This document shows positions 51,634 to 64,000 of a stretch of DNA of 64,000 bases, piece after piece. This DNA comes from Antedon mediterranea (taxonomy: Eukaryota > Animalia > Echinodermata), in NCBI RefSeq assembly GCF_964355755.1, contig NC_092677.1:19118101-19182100 (forward strand), read 5' to 3'. Made by a program: the position numbers and the translations under genes. Numbering within the stretch: the first letter of the stretch is position 1; every line of letters begins with the position of its first letter. A model generated the notes under the pieces. That model searched no databases. It was not told where the DNA came from and worked only from the letters and a program-made list of their open reading frames with translations.

Positions 51634-52559
51634 CAAAACTGTATATTCATTTAATGTGGTAAGTACAGTACTCTAGTCTAGAATAAATGAACATCATTGA
51701 TTTAGTAAAGTTTTGACAATGATTTGTTTACGGTAAACATTTTTAACTTTCTTTTATTGTCATATTAAACGGGGGTTTCCGGGTTTAAAATGAATAGTAA
51801 AAAATGTAAAATATATTTGTTTGTCTCTTGAACGGTAAAAGTTTCAATTTATATAAGCGCCCAGTGAAGCAGAACGAAGGCTGTGAAATGAGGCCAGATT
51901 ACAAGTGCAGCTACGGCGATATGACACTGTGTTACAGAATAGGAAATTTGTGAAATGGTCAATCTTCCGACGACTCGTAATCATTAACCATATCAATTAC
52001 TTTATTAAAATTATACTTATCTGATGTAATTTTAGTCGGTCTTCCCATTTATAAAGTCAATTTTCTATAAAAATTCATCAAAACAGTGAACGATTAGATA
52101 TGTTTGCACTTTACATTTGCCGATTTTCGCACTGACTTAGGGAAAGCCTTCAAAATCAATGAAGCATAACGTATACATTCCTGTTGAGCGAGCTAGGAGA
52201 GAGCGAGACGACGATACACGTGCTCTCTCTGCCCATGCCTGCCATCGTCACGTGATAAGCAGATACAGTATACAATACCAAACTGGTCGGGTCGAGTATA
52301 TCCCATCTATAATCACAACATCAACGATGTACAGTATTTGATTGAAGGTCGACTCGACCTACCGGAATGGTTTAGATAATATAGCTCGAGAGAGTTGGAA
52401 TATTTGTAAAACATAAGTATTGCTAATTTTAACAAGTTTAGCCTATAGTAAAAGGCCTGGTAGTATCAATTCGCATAGGGTCTACTACACTAGCTAGCTC
52501 AATTTTTAACTGGGCCGGATCGGCTAGGTCTCCTTCCTACTACCTGGTCTACTTGCTTG

Positions 52560-55500
52560 ATGCAATATCCGCTTTGCCGTAACCAAAGAATCCAAAACAA
52601 CACCTGTGAGAGTAGTATATGATGGAAAGGCCATTCTCTTAATGATTATTTATATAGAGGAGAAAATGTTAATACTGATCTATTTAATGTTGCCCTACAA
52701 TTCAGAGAAAACGAAGTTGGTATAATCGCTGACATTAGTAAAATGTTCCAGGCTATTAAAATCAGTTCTGATGATGCCCGCTTTCATCGATTTGTGTTTA
52801 GAGAGAATCCTAACCATCCAATTCAAGTGTATGAGTTGACGACTGTTACATTTGCTGACAAGCCATCACCATTCAACTGCGGCTATTGTGACTTTGAGGC
52901 ATATAGTATCTGAGCATGCACCCGGTGATGAACAGTTAGAAAGAATTGTTACTGACCAGTTTTACATGGATGATTTGAATGAATCTGTTACTGATGCTAA
53001 TGAAGCTGACAACTTAAAGTCTAAACTCACTGAGACTCTGAAGAAAGGAAACTTCAATATCAGGAAATATTATCCAACGTTAGGAATATGTGTGACGAAT
53101 CAGAAGACGCCACTGCTGCAACAGCTTTGGGAACAAAGTGGGACCTTGTGAACGACATTCTAACGGTCAAAGAGGTAAAACTAATTCAAGGTCTAATCCC
53201 AACTAAACGTAGCATTCTGAAACAAATCGCTTCTTACTACAACGTATTCGGTATGCTTTTCGGTATCCTTGTCGGACCGAAAACACTGTTAGTGTTACAA
53301 AAACTGTGGCAACTAAACATTGATTGGGATACACCACTTAACAAGAGAGGTGAACTTTGTGCTATTCTCAGTGAAATCAATAAAGACCTCGAAAAAGCAA
53401 GTGACATAGAAATTCCGAGATGTCTTATTACAGAGCCATTTAGAGGAAAAAGACCATTACCAAAAGTATCTCTGCATGGTGCAAGTGATGCTTCAGAAGA
53501 TGCTATGGGTATCGGAGTTTGGCTAAGGTGGTCACATGAAGAGTCAACTGAAGCTTATTTGTCGTTTGTGTGCGCCCGAGCCAGACTCACACCACTTAAA
53601 AAACAATCAAGCATCCCCAGAAAAGAACTTCAAGCAATTCTGCTGCTTTCAAGGCTGATGCTCACTGTAAAGAATGCTTTGAGGTTTGACATAGTTTATT
53701 CAAAGATTTGGACAGACAGTATGACTGCCATCAGTTGGCTGAGAGGTCAATCTAAATCTTTCCGATCGTACGTTGCATACCGTGTAGATCACTTTTGAAT
53801 TTGACCCGATCAAAGATATTGCCTTTGTACCATCAGACCAGAACACTATAGATATTGTTTCAAGAGGAGGAAACATTGACGATATGAAGCAAGTCATCGA
53901 TAGTCCAGGGTTCCTACGATCACCACCAATATCTTGGCCTAAAACTCCTACAAATGTTCAAGTAGCTCCTGAAGATGGAGAACAAAAGAAATTCCATGTC
54001 CGTAATGTTAAGACACTAACACTCAAAATAAAGGCTATCCCTGAATTTGAAAGAATACTTGATCCCAACAAGTTTTCTAGTTGGCCAAAACTTAAGATGG
54101 TCACAGCAAGAGTTGTGTCCTTAAAGCAGTTACCAAAGGAACAATGGTTAAAGAAGTTAACTTCACAAATTTCTTAGTGGCCTACACCACATGCATTGAA
54201 GGAAGCTGAGTTGCTTTGGATCCAACAGGGACAAGCTGAGATAAATTTCAATGATCACAACATCATGAAGCTAGATCCAGTCTTCGATGAGAAAGAAGGA
54301 GTGTACCGTGTTGGTGGACGGATTAAGAATGCACCACTGTCGTATGACATAAGACACTCTTACCTGCTACCGAAGGGAAGTCATATCAGTTTACTGATTG
54401 TTCGGGATTGACACAGACACTCTTTGCATGGGGGCCACCTGAGAACCGCATCAGAGGTCAGAAAGAAGTTTTGGATTATTGGGGATACCAACATCTCAAA
54501 AACAGTTGTACGACAATGTACTATTTGTAGGAGACACAAATGGAAGCCAATAAGAGTAGAATAGAAGATGACTGACCTACCAGACTTCCGAGTGAAACCA
54601 TGCTCACCGCCATTTAGTTCCACACTCGTAGACTATCTGGGCCCAGTTAACGTAAAACTGAACAAAAATACCACCACAAAAGGATATAGGAAGTTTTCAC
54701 AACCTTACGAATACGATAACGAAAACGGATACGTCACACATTAATTTGTGAAACTTTTGAGCTCATCCCCATTTCATATTCGTAAAGCGTATTTGTGTTG
54801 ACGAATATCACCAGTCATATTCGTAACTACAAAACGAGTATAGTTTTTCATCTATTTTGCACATTTTGCATTTGAATCGAGAATGATTCATGATTATAAT
54901 ATAATTATAGATTTATTGAAAGTAATTTACTAAAGTAATTTACTAAAATGCCAATTCAATTTTGATAAATAGCAGTTTTTAAAGTCCTCACTTGCTTTGA
55001 TGTTACGCTAGGCCTAGGCAGCCAATCAACACGTAGCTGCGCTTCGCTCAAATTTACCGCAGTCATATTTTGGATGGCGCCCTCAATATTTCGTTGCCAT
55101 GCGAAACAGATTTTTACTGGCTTACGCAAAATGAATACGTGTGCGTGACGTTTTCGTTATTGTATTCGTAAGATTGCGAAAACGCCCTATTGTGCAGTTT
55201 TTACATGTGCCGTAACTAGAGCTGTACACTTAACCTGTGTCCAAGATCTTACTACCCAAGCGTTCCTACAAGCAATGGAACGATTTGTAAGCATCAGAGG
55301 AGCACCATCTTTGTTGGTGAGTGACAATGGCACATGTTTCAGAGGGGCTGACAATACAATAAATGAGTTGAATTTGAGACTAGACCAGACAAAGATACGA
55401 GAACAATGCCAACGTTATAATGTGCAGTGGAAATTTGGACCACCAGGTGGACCTCATCACCAAGGAGCACATGGTTCAAGAGGTGAAGAAAGGCATGAGA

Positions 55501-56408
55501 CAGTTGGTGAAAGCTGATGATAGACTAACATTTGTTGAATGGGAGATAGTGTTGTGTCAGATAGCTGGTCTTATCAATAGTCGACCTTTGACGGCCAAGT
55601 CATCATCGCCCCTGGATCATCCGCCATTGACTCCTAATCATTTCCTTATTGGAAGAGGTGATTTACAGTGTCCGGAAGTAACGTGTAAAGAATTCCATGG
55701 AAATTTGAGAAAATGGATTGTAACTCTATGGTAAATGGTTTCTGGCACCGATTGATGGAGTGTATCCATAAGCTCTCACCAAGACTTAAATGGAAGAAAA
55801 AATTGGAGAATATAATAGAAGGCGACATAGTGCTTGTCATTGGTGAGAACAAGAAATGTGGTAGTTGGAAAATGGCAGAAGTCAGTAAATTTTATCCAGG
55901 GAAAGATGACCTTGTTAGGATTTAGGATTGTTGACATAAGATTTGCAGATGGTACCAATGCTAAGAAACCGGTTACTAAGTTGATCATGCTAATGTAGAG
56001 CACCGAACGTTCAGACATGTAGTGATATGTGGATCAGATGAAGTTCCTTGACCACTGTGATCGATGATGTAAAGTGTAATTGACATTTATGAACTTGTTA
56101 TTGTTACATTTAAAGTTATAGACTTACTTATTGTTACTAGTTGTGACCATCTGTTTTAGGGGCCTGGGATGTCATGACGTCATTTTTTTTCAATTTGTGA
56201 GTTGCCTGCCAGTGCGCGTACAATACGCAGGCTGAACGAAATTATATACAATTTGGTATCGTGTGAGATATTCATGCAGTTTAATCATCTTTATTTGTTA
56301 TTTGGAACCCTTTGGACAACCCAACACAGTTGTTGAATAATAAAACTAATAAAGACAACATATTGCAACAACGTGTTTACCTCATTATTTCTCACCGATT
56401 CTACAACA
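52560..56408 (+). mobile_element. Decayed, 5'-truncated BEL/Pao LTR retrotransposon (RT-RNaseH-integrase-3' LTR)
   Basis: KTTPVRVVYDG, ADISKMF, FYMDD, LHGASDASE, IPRKELQA, WTDS, RVGGRI, TRAVHL, SDNGTCF, NSRPLT..LTPNHFL, DUF5641-like tail; many frameshifts. PPT-like aggggcctggga then LTR TGTC(56170)...AACA(56408). Confidence 0.93.
54688..55188. mobile_element. 501-bp MITE inserted in the Pao integrase (AT duplication, ISL2EU/PHIS-like)
   Basis: TIR aggaagttttcacaaccttacgaatacgataacgaaaacg / cgttttcgttattgtattcgtaagattgcgaaaacgccct; removing it with one AT restores KGY-CAVFTCAVTRAVHL in frame. Confidence 0.85.
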
Positions 56409-56639
56409 TCCATTTTAAATTAAATGTGCCACTACTGGTCAACTATCCATCAAATAGAGGGCAGCAAATATTAGTTGGTTTGTCTTGTGTTTTTTTTTGT
56501 ATTTTGCATATTATGCAAAATATTGCTTATTATTATTGTAATTTTATGACATCCTTCCAGATTTTTATAACTCAAGGGTTTGTTCTACAGAAAGTTATAT
56601 GGGTCTTTATGCATGTTCAACTATGACAACAATATTTCA

Positions 56640-59494
56640 GAATGACTGGTGAACATTCACAGAGGAATTGAAGAAGCAGAGTCGGATTCTGAAAGAAAAA
56701 CAGAAAAGTGAGAAGAAAGTTAAACTGTTGGAAATCGAACTAAAGCAAGAGAAAGAGAGAAATGCTCTGGATATGGAAATGGCAAGGTCAGAGGCCAGAC
56801 AGCAGATGCTAGAAGAACTGGAAGCTGAAGAAATTTAGTCAAGATTCGGAGGAAGAAGTAGTAAGCAGCTTGAGTGGGCCATTGTCAGGCAAGTCAAACA
56901 ACCCGCTGCTAAAAAAAACAGAGAAGAGAGTTAACGATGCCATGTAGAATTGAGGAAGCCCAAATTAGAAATAAAGAAGTTTAATGGGAATTGTATGGAC
57001 TTTGCAATGAAAGAGTTGAAAAGACGTTATGGGGATCCAGAGGTGATTGCAAACTCGTATGTAAAAAAGCTGCTATCTTGGGCACCCCCATCAAGACAAA
57101 TGATCCGAAGGCCCTAGATGAGTTTTCTGTGTTCCTTATGGAATGTAAGGCTGCTACTACACTCTGCGTTGGGAGTCTAGAAAGGTGTATTAGAGTTCTC
57201 TGAAAACATAAGGATGGATGGCAGAAGGAAATGCGTAAGAGAAAAGAAGCTTTGTTGGAATTGTTTTAATAAGGGACACTTTGCATCGTCTTGTCCAAAA
57301 CCAAGTTTTTGTAAGATGTGTGTTGAGAAGCATAGTCCTTCTTACATCCAGTCTCTCCTCCAAAGGGTGAACATACCACAACACAGCCTGTCGAAAATCA
57401 AAAGGCAGCACCTCCTGAGATTCAAGCAAATTCGTCCACGTCATTAACAGTTGAAGGCAGCTACCAAAGAATTGGCTTGTTAGTTGTACCAATCCAGGTT
57501 AAAGTGGAGGGAGGAAAATCAATAATTTCAACTTATGGTTTTCTAGACCATGACTCGAATATTACATTTTGTACAGAAGCACTTGCGCAGAAGTTAAGTT
57601 TCAAGGGCAAAGGCATTAACCTTAAGACAATGGATGGTCACTCTGTCACTAAATCGACAACAATATCTCTGGAAGTGGTAAATCTAGATGGATCAAGTCA
57701 AGTAAAGATTCCAAGAGTATATACCAGACGATCCATCCAGTGTCAACAAACACTATTGCAAGTCAGGCAGAAGTTGATAGGTGGCCTGTTTATCACTACA
57801 GAAATAGAGTTATTAATTGGTCAAGATGTACAGGAGGTACACCAGCCATATGAAGTGCGAGCCACGTAAAATGGAGGTCCATATACCACTCAAACTCTGT
57901 GGACAAGGGATATTCTAGGAAGGCTTTGGAGGTCGACGGATCAATTCCAAAATAGTATCTTCCGCACCATCCAGTTTTACACCCGCTAAGGGTTGTGTCT
58001 GACTGCTCTGCCAAGTTTCATAGAGTATGCAAGTTAAACCAAGGACCAGATCTTACCAATTCATTAGTTGGAGTTTTAATGAGATTCCATAGCTCTTTAG
58101 TTGCCTTTTGTGCCCATATTGAGAAAATGTTTTACCAGAGGTCAAGGTAAAAGAACAGGACTCAGACTTTCTCCGCTATTTGTGGTGGGAAATGGGAGAT
58201 CTGAAGAAGCCACCACAGGAATACCAGATGCTAGTGCATCTGTTTGGTGGCCGATCATCTCTGATGAAGTTGCACCAACTTTGCGTTGAAGAAAATGATA
58301 AAGGACCATGGAAAGGACTACGATCCAATAATCATGCAGATAGCAGATAGGCATTTCTATGTTGACGATCTTCTATATGCAACGGGCGACGAACAATGTG
58401 CTATTGATATAGCCATTCAATTCAAGTAAAACAGTTGCTGGAAAAATGGGTTTCAAACTCGAGTAAACTAGTGAGCACGCTGAGAGATAAGGGAGATCCA
58501 AACTCAGTTCACTATGTGGTGTCAGATGACCCAAAAGACAATGAGGCATTAACACCGAATCATCTCTTACTATTGCGATCAGACGATTGCGTCGCTGGCT
58601 CCGGGAATATTTGCCTGCACTTCAAGAGCGATAGAAATGGTGGAAGAAACAGCAAAATGTTGCGAATGGCGACATTTTTTTGGTTCATGACTCATCGGTT
58701 CCACGATGCTTGTGGCCGCTTGCTCGAGTGAATGATTCAGATGGAATGGTGCGTTCTGCGAGATTGAAAACGGTTGGAACTCTAGTACAGTAACACCAAT
58801 CACTAAGATCATACTTCTGGAAGTCAACGGAAATGATTAGACATGCACATTGTGCGATGCTTGCCAGTGATATATTTAGATTTTGACTTATGTGAACTTT
58901 ATAAGAGACTTATTACCTTTTGTTTGTCGTTACCCGTAACATATGTATATATATAGTAAAGGCTCGATTTAATCACCTTTAAGGGGCCGGGATGTTACGG
59001 CTCATCTTTAGTTTAGCGCCCTCTATAATTAAAAGTTTTCTAATATGTCCGCTCACAAAGATAATGTGTTCTATGCATAGGTCTATCTAGAAGAGACACA
59101 AACGTAAGTTTTAATCATCTAATGAATAATATTGTGATAATAATAAGAAATTATGATTAATGCAGTAGTTGCTTAAAGTTATATTATACTATAGTCAATT
59201 TTGACTCTGAACGCCGCCTAAATGGTGCGTGGAGTATAGGCCTATCTACAGTCAATGCTTGTTATAATAACAAACATGTTATAATCTTTTGTTTCTAGTT
59301 GAAACCATCATCATCATCATCATTAAAGTCATTCTTTTAATATTCAATAGCTGATCATCATCAGCGTCATTATCGTGATCTTCATCACATCGGCAAATGG
59401 CCATTTAGAATTGAATAAAGTGTTTGATGCGTTGGTTGAGTTTGTTGGCTAAGATTGTTTATTTGATCGTTCAAGTGAAAACCTACGCCCAACA
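56640..59494 (+). mobile_element. Second BEL/Pao element, heavily internally deleted (gag-protease-RT remnant-DUF5641-3' LTR)
   Basis: Gag knuckles CWNCFNKGHFASSC..CKMCVEKH; protease VPIQV..TYGFLDHDSNITF; [28 protein letters not shown]; EALTPNHLLL. PPT aggggccggga then LTR TGTT(58993)...AACA(59494). Confidence 0.88.
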
Positions 59495-60441
59495 GTAGAG
59501 GCTGTTACAGTCATTATTTTTCACATTGTTGACATGCATTTCTACAATAGCCTCGTGTTATATTTGGTTATGGATATAAAACAAATAGTGAATGTTTTTT
59601 ATTATAAATATTTTATCCATCCTGTAATTTGTTAGTTGCGCAGTGATTTTTTTAAAAATAAATTTAAATAGAGCAGTCAGTCTTTCTACTCAACACTTTC
59701 TCATCATATTACCCAATTCATAAATATTCATAATTTGTTTCATTAATATATTATTGGTTTGCTTTGTTTTATGTGATCATTTCTGATGGAAATATTGTGT
59801 AACTGAACAGAACTTGCATTTCTTTATTATTCCACTAAAAAATAAATCTTGTTTATTCAAACTTTATAGGAATCTGGTGAGCTACATGACTACTTTGATC
59901 ACTGCTTGTTTACTGGTTAAATTTATTGAAGATGATTGCTTAGAAGTTAACTTTGAACATCCTATTATGAAACAAGCATCAATCAAGACCAAGTAGTTGT
60001 ATGTTGTAATCTGGGTTTTGGGGAGTAAAACTAGAATATGATTTGTTTTTAAACTTTAAGATAAATAATTGCCTTCTAAATCTGTTATGTACAGACATGT
60101 ACAGACTGCATACAGGAAGCCTGTGTAAAATGCATCTATAATGTTGGTGTATATCAAATAAATAAACAATTTCTTCTTTTATTGCGTTGTGATCAAAAGT
60201 TTAACTTCAGCTACTGTATTTTAATTTGTTCAACATGATACAAGATTAACAACTATAAGTTGGTATACTCTGACTGAATCATGTTAGTGGTGCATATGTT
60301 TTCTAATATAATGATTGTGCAATTTTTTAGATATAAAACAAAATAAAAAGTATTATACAGTATACTGTTAATTTACTGTATTCTGTATGATCATTTCTCA
60401 ATTTGTAGGACAATTGAGACTACCATTGATAGAATTAAATG

Positions 60442-63266
60442 TCACCTAGTACTTTTCTTCAAACCTAATCTGAAGCTCTTTTCAATCTCATATTGCCGTT
60501 CATTAGTCCTATCCAAAAAGTCTTTCTTCTCTAAAAATCTGGAATGATAAAAGGAAGGAAGCTTTTTACTAGAAACTGAATGATTTCCGTTTTGTTTTAT
60601 TACATACTTCTCTGGAAAAGTGTTATGGTACTGACTGGGTTGAGCCAGCAGTATTCAAATTACAGCTCAATCTGGAGACTCCAGATATACTGTACTCTGA
60701 TTAATCCAGAGTAATTAAACTAGATAGTGGGTGGGGGGCCGATATTCAGTAGTAGAATTATATGCCAAGACGGTCATGTAAACACGGTTTATTAAACCTT
60801 TATTTTGGTCAAGACCTTGCCTTTTGAGGTGTGGGAGTGCAATTTACAGCACACTTTATAATTTGTTAAACTTCTACACACCAAGATACAAACAGTGCAG
60901 CACCCCTGAATGTGTTGGGCAGTACAAATTGTAATACACCTGTGAATTTCAAAAGACAAGGTCTGATAGTCATGGTACACCATGACTGAATTATGCAAAA
61001 TTGTTACTATGTATTTTGGTGATGTTTGTTAGTATTATTATTATTATTTAGAATGTTATCATTCAGTTGCATTCACAAACTATATAATCAGCAATACTTC
61101 TACATTTTTGTTTTTGTAATTTTTTGTAAAATGAAAAATAAAATTGTCCTACCCATTTTTGCCTTTGTTGTGCAGTTTGAGATCCTCCTCAATACCTTCT
61201 TGTTGTTTGAATGAATTCCAGTCTAGTTTGGATTTTTCCTAAGAAAATAAGTAGATTAATGAATGAATCAACACTAAACAATAAAGTGCAACAAATAAAT
61301 ACACATTGTATAATCTACAGTACTTTATTGTATGTATAAAGACTGAGTGATTCAAACTTTTATCATTTTAGAAAATAACATTTGAAAGCCAGTGATGAAT
61401 GATGTTCACTTAAGTGTCTTTCAATATACTTCTTCTATAATTTTAATTTTATAACGCACCTAAGTAGATTTTTGTCATTTGATTGGACAATTGTGGGTCA
61501 CATGTTATATAAAAATATATGTTATGTACTGTAGCACTTTTGAGAAAGTTGAAGGTTATTTATTTTGTTTATTTTCCATATTGCTCAAAACATTCATTAT
61601 TTGTACATTATACAACATCAATAAATGTGTCCCTTTTCTGTGTAGACTACTGTCACATGATTTATATAATGCTGTGAAAACTGTGGACCAAATTCTTCAC
61701 AAGGCCTGTTTTTTAGTCAAAAACTGGAGATGTTAACAATAAAAATTACAAGCCCACGATTACCCTATTGGCCATGACACCTCAACTAATCATAAACTTA
61801 CAAGGGTACTTATTTTAGGTTTCTTAGTAAGTGTGTTCAGCAGATTTCCAAGACCTCCATGTGACCGCTTTATTCTGTAACGATAAAAGTTTTGTATTTA
61901 AATTCTCTGGTGACATAAAATTTGTAACTCAACTGTGTTAACTAATATCCACTGTTAAACAACAACATACCCCAGACTGCTTGTGGTTGGTTTATTTAGT
62001 TCTGCAGTTGTTTTCTGGTATTTGTCTGCCTCCTTTGCTTTAACTTCTTCTTTTACTCTGCATGAACAACAACAATACAATTAGTGGGCCTATGAAAAAT
62101 TTCATGACTGCAATGGGTGCTTCTACATAGTAAACAAAACAAGATATAAGAGTATTGCTTACTCTATTGTTTCACCAGCAAAATCAAACAGTTTTGTGAC
62201 AGTAACCACACTTTCTGCTTTGTATTTTGGAACATCCTTTAAGGTAGTGCTAGATGTTGCAATGACACTTTCCTTCTGCAAAATAATAATAATAATATCC
62301 TGGATTTATATAGCGCCTAATGTTGTGAAACCTCTACGCACTGTACTATAAGCTACTGTAATACCATAAAAGGGATTCCAACCATGGCAAAACTCAACTC
62401 AAGTCAAACTGAAGTAAGGGGATACGCCTTCGTCGTCGCTAACCAGGGATCAGTCTAATTGAACCCCGGTCAGCACCAGTTATGTCTCGGTCATCCTGTA
62501 CTCGGGCGCCTCCTGCCCTACTTAAATTAGATCGAAAACAATCTAGGTGGCATGGTAAAGGAGAAAAAAGGGGATTGATATGTGTTATTAAACAAGTATG
62601 TCTTAAAAAGCCTCTTAAAAAGAGCCACCGACTGTGCATCTTTAATGTAAACAAAATATAGATGACTACAACAAAACTATAATCATGTAATTTTACTATG
62701 GAAATAGCAAACACAAAATGTAGCTTTTTGTTAGTTCATATTTGTATGTTTACAGTATTTAGTACTGAGAGTGACTCTCTTACTTTCTTATCAGATGGCT
62801 GTCCTACATCTTTCAAAAAGCTATTCCACAGGTCATCAGCCTTTTCTTTTTTTTTTTCATCAGTTTTTTTGTCCATGTTGTCAACTCTTCCCAACTCTAA
62901 ATCATCTTTCTGTTTTATTTTCACATCCAATATCTCTTCTTCCTCACTATTCTCTGAATCATCATCTACATTTATTCCCTTTTTTCTGTAATAATAAAAC
63001 CATCATAAATATATATTGTTAAAAATTCATGAAGATAATTCTTAAAGTAGACAAATTAAAGAATAGAATGATTCCATAAAAGTTGATGTGTATACACTAG
63101 AGCCACACACATGTATGGATAAATGTATTTACAAACCTAAAGGAAATGGAAGATTTGTTGCTGTTCTTTTTTTTCCTTTTTCTCACCAGTGCAATATTTT
63201 CTGTATCTGCATCTGCAACACCTTTAATACTTGAATATTTCCCATCATTATCATCACTTTGATCAT
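60442..63266 (-). CDS. CFDP1: Craniofacial development protein 1 / BCNT (Swc5 homolog), 5'-partial
   Basis: Exons 63266-63137, 62985-62784, 62275-62163, 62057-61971, 61874-61802, 61238-61153, 60538-60442, all in phase. KADDLWNSFLKDV, VTKLFDFAGETIEV and BCNT-C [46 protein letters not shown]. Confidence 0.95.
62283..62650 (-). mobile_element. L2 LINE 3' end in a CFDP1 intron
   Basis: IKDAQSVALFKRLFKTYLF (L2 ORF2 end), then 3' UTR, then gcg..aggcgctatataaat and a (tta)n tail. Confidence 0.8.
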
Positions 63267-64000
63267 CTGCAATAATAAAAATTTCAGATCATAACATTTT
63301 GCCATTTACAGCTTTTTAAAGTTCTGTTCTTTTGTTGTTAATAACAAACCCAATGATAATCTTGAAATAAGATAAAAACCTTAATAGATCCTGTTATCAA
63401 AATCAGGTTTGACTTAACCTTTTTACTGCATATATACCTGGTACATATATAACCGGTGGGTATAACAAATGTTGAACTTCATATACCTGGTACTACCGGG
63501 TTTAGGACAAACAATTTCTTTTTTAAATGATTGTCTCCACTGTACACCAAGTTTTTTTTTTCAATTTCCAACTGTATGTGCCATATTAAATTGTATAAAG
63601 TTTTATTTATCGATTTTTTTTCACAACATTTATTTATGTATTTTTTTTATAAAAAGCTGAAAATAATTAAAACTTTCAGTAGTTTTGTTAATTTTTTCGT
63701 GTCTTCATCATCACACAATGTGTTTAAAAAACATATTCCATACGAATTTTGTGGTAAAAAATGTCTTTTTCATAATGAGGACACATTGATCACAAATTAT
63801 ACATTCCAAGACCTGTTTTAGTATTTTTTTAAACTGATTTCAAAATCAGTGACAATTTTTCTTTAAAATCAGAGGCAATCTAACAACAGGACGCTGAGCT
63901 CTACTATCAAAGGTATGCCACAAAAAGACAGTCATGGTGCATTTTTGTTCCCTAAAAGGTCCGTCAATGAAAAATGCAGGGGTGCATCATGTTGTACATA

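Noticed and set aside
62620-62712. Resemblance to a tracrRNA/sgRNA scaffold (caccgact, gaaatagcaa)
   Set aside because: The matches are short and out of order; the first lies in an L2 ORF2 C-terminus on the minus strand.
63430-63500. CFDP1 first exon (YVP + phase-1 donor)
   Set aside because: The upstream sequence lacks the expected acidic N-terminus and a start codon; the first exon is probably beyond the window.

Overview
AT-rich metazoan genomic DNA, probably a marine invertebrate; echinoderm-like is my impression only. It is intron-rich and not prokaryotic. Six spliced genes were reconstructed by hand from GT-AG sites and reading-frame continuity: (1) an uncharacterised ~744-aa protein with four C-terminal EF-hands (+, 5582-18370), possibly with an alternative upstream N-terminus; (2) an NHE2/NHE3-like Na+/H+ exchanger (+, 22366-32385); (3) a TEX56/C6orf201-like gene (-, 33856-35148); (4) nucleoporin SEH1 (-, 37193-45274); (5) a 57-aa STMP1-like mitochondrial microprotein (+, 45687-51633), head-to-head with SEH1 and absent from the ORF track; (6) CFDP1/BCNT (-, 60442 to beyond 63266, 5' end not found). 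Between and inside these genes lie two decayed BEL/Pao LTR retrotransposons, LINE fragments (RTE, L2/CR1, Tx1, Rex1), a tRNA-derived SINE, Helentron-type (HINE) elements, MITEs, foldback-like elements with subterminal tandem arrays, and a 185-bp TSD-flanked insert carrying a minimal hammerhead ribozyme. No CRISPR array and no convincingly new system were found. The best leads are the hidden microprotein with its bidirectional promoter, the hammerhead insert and the nested mobile elements.
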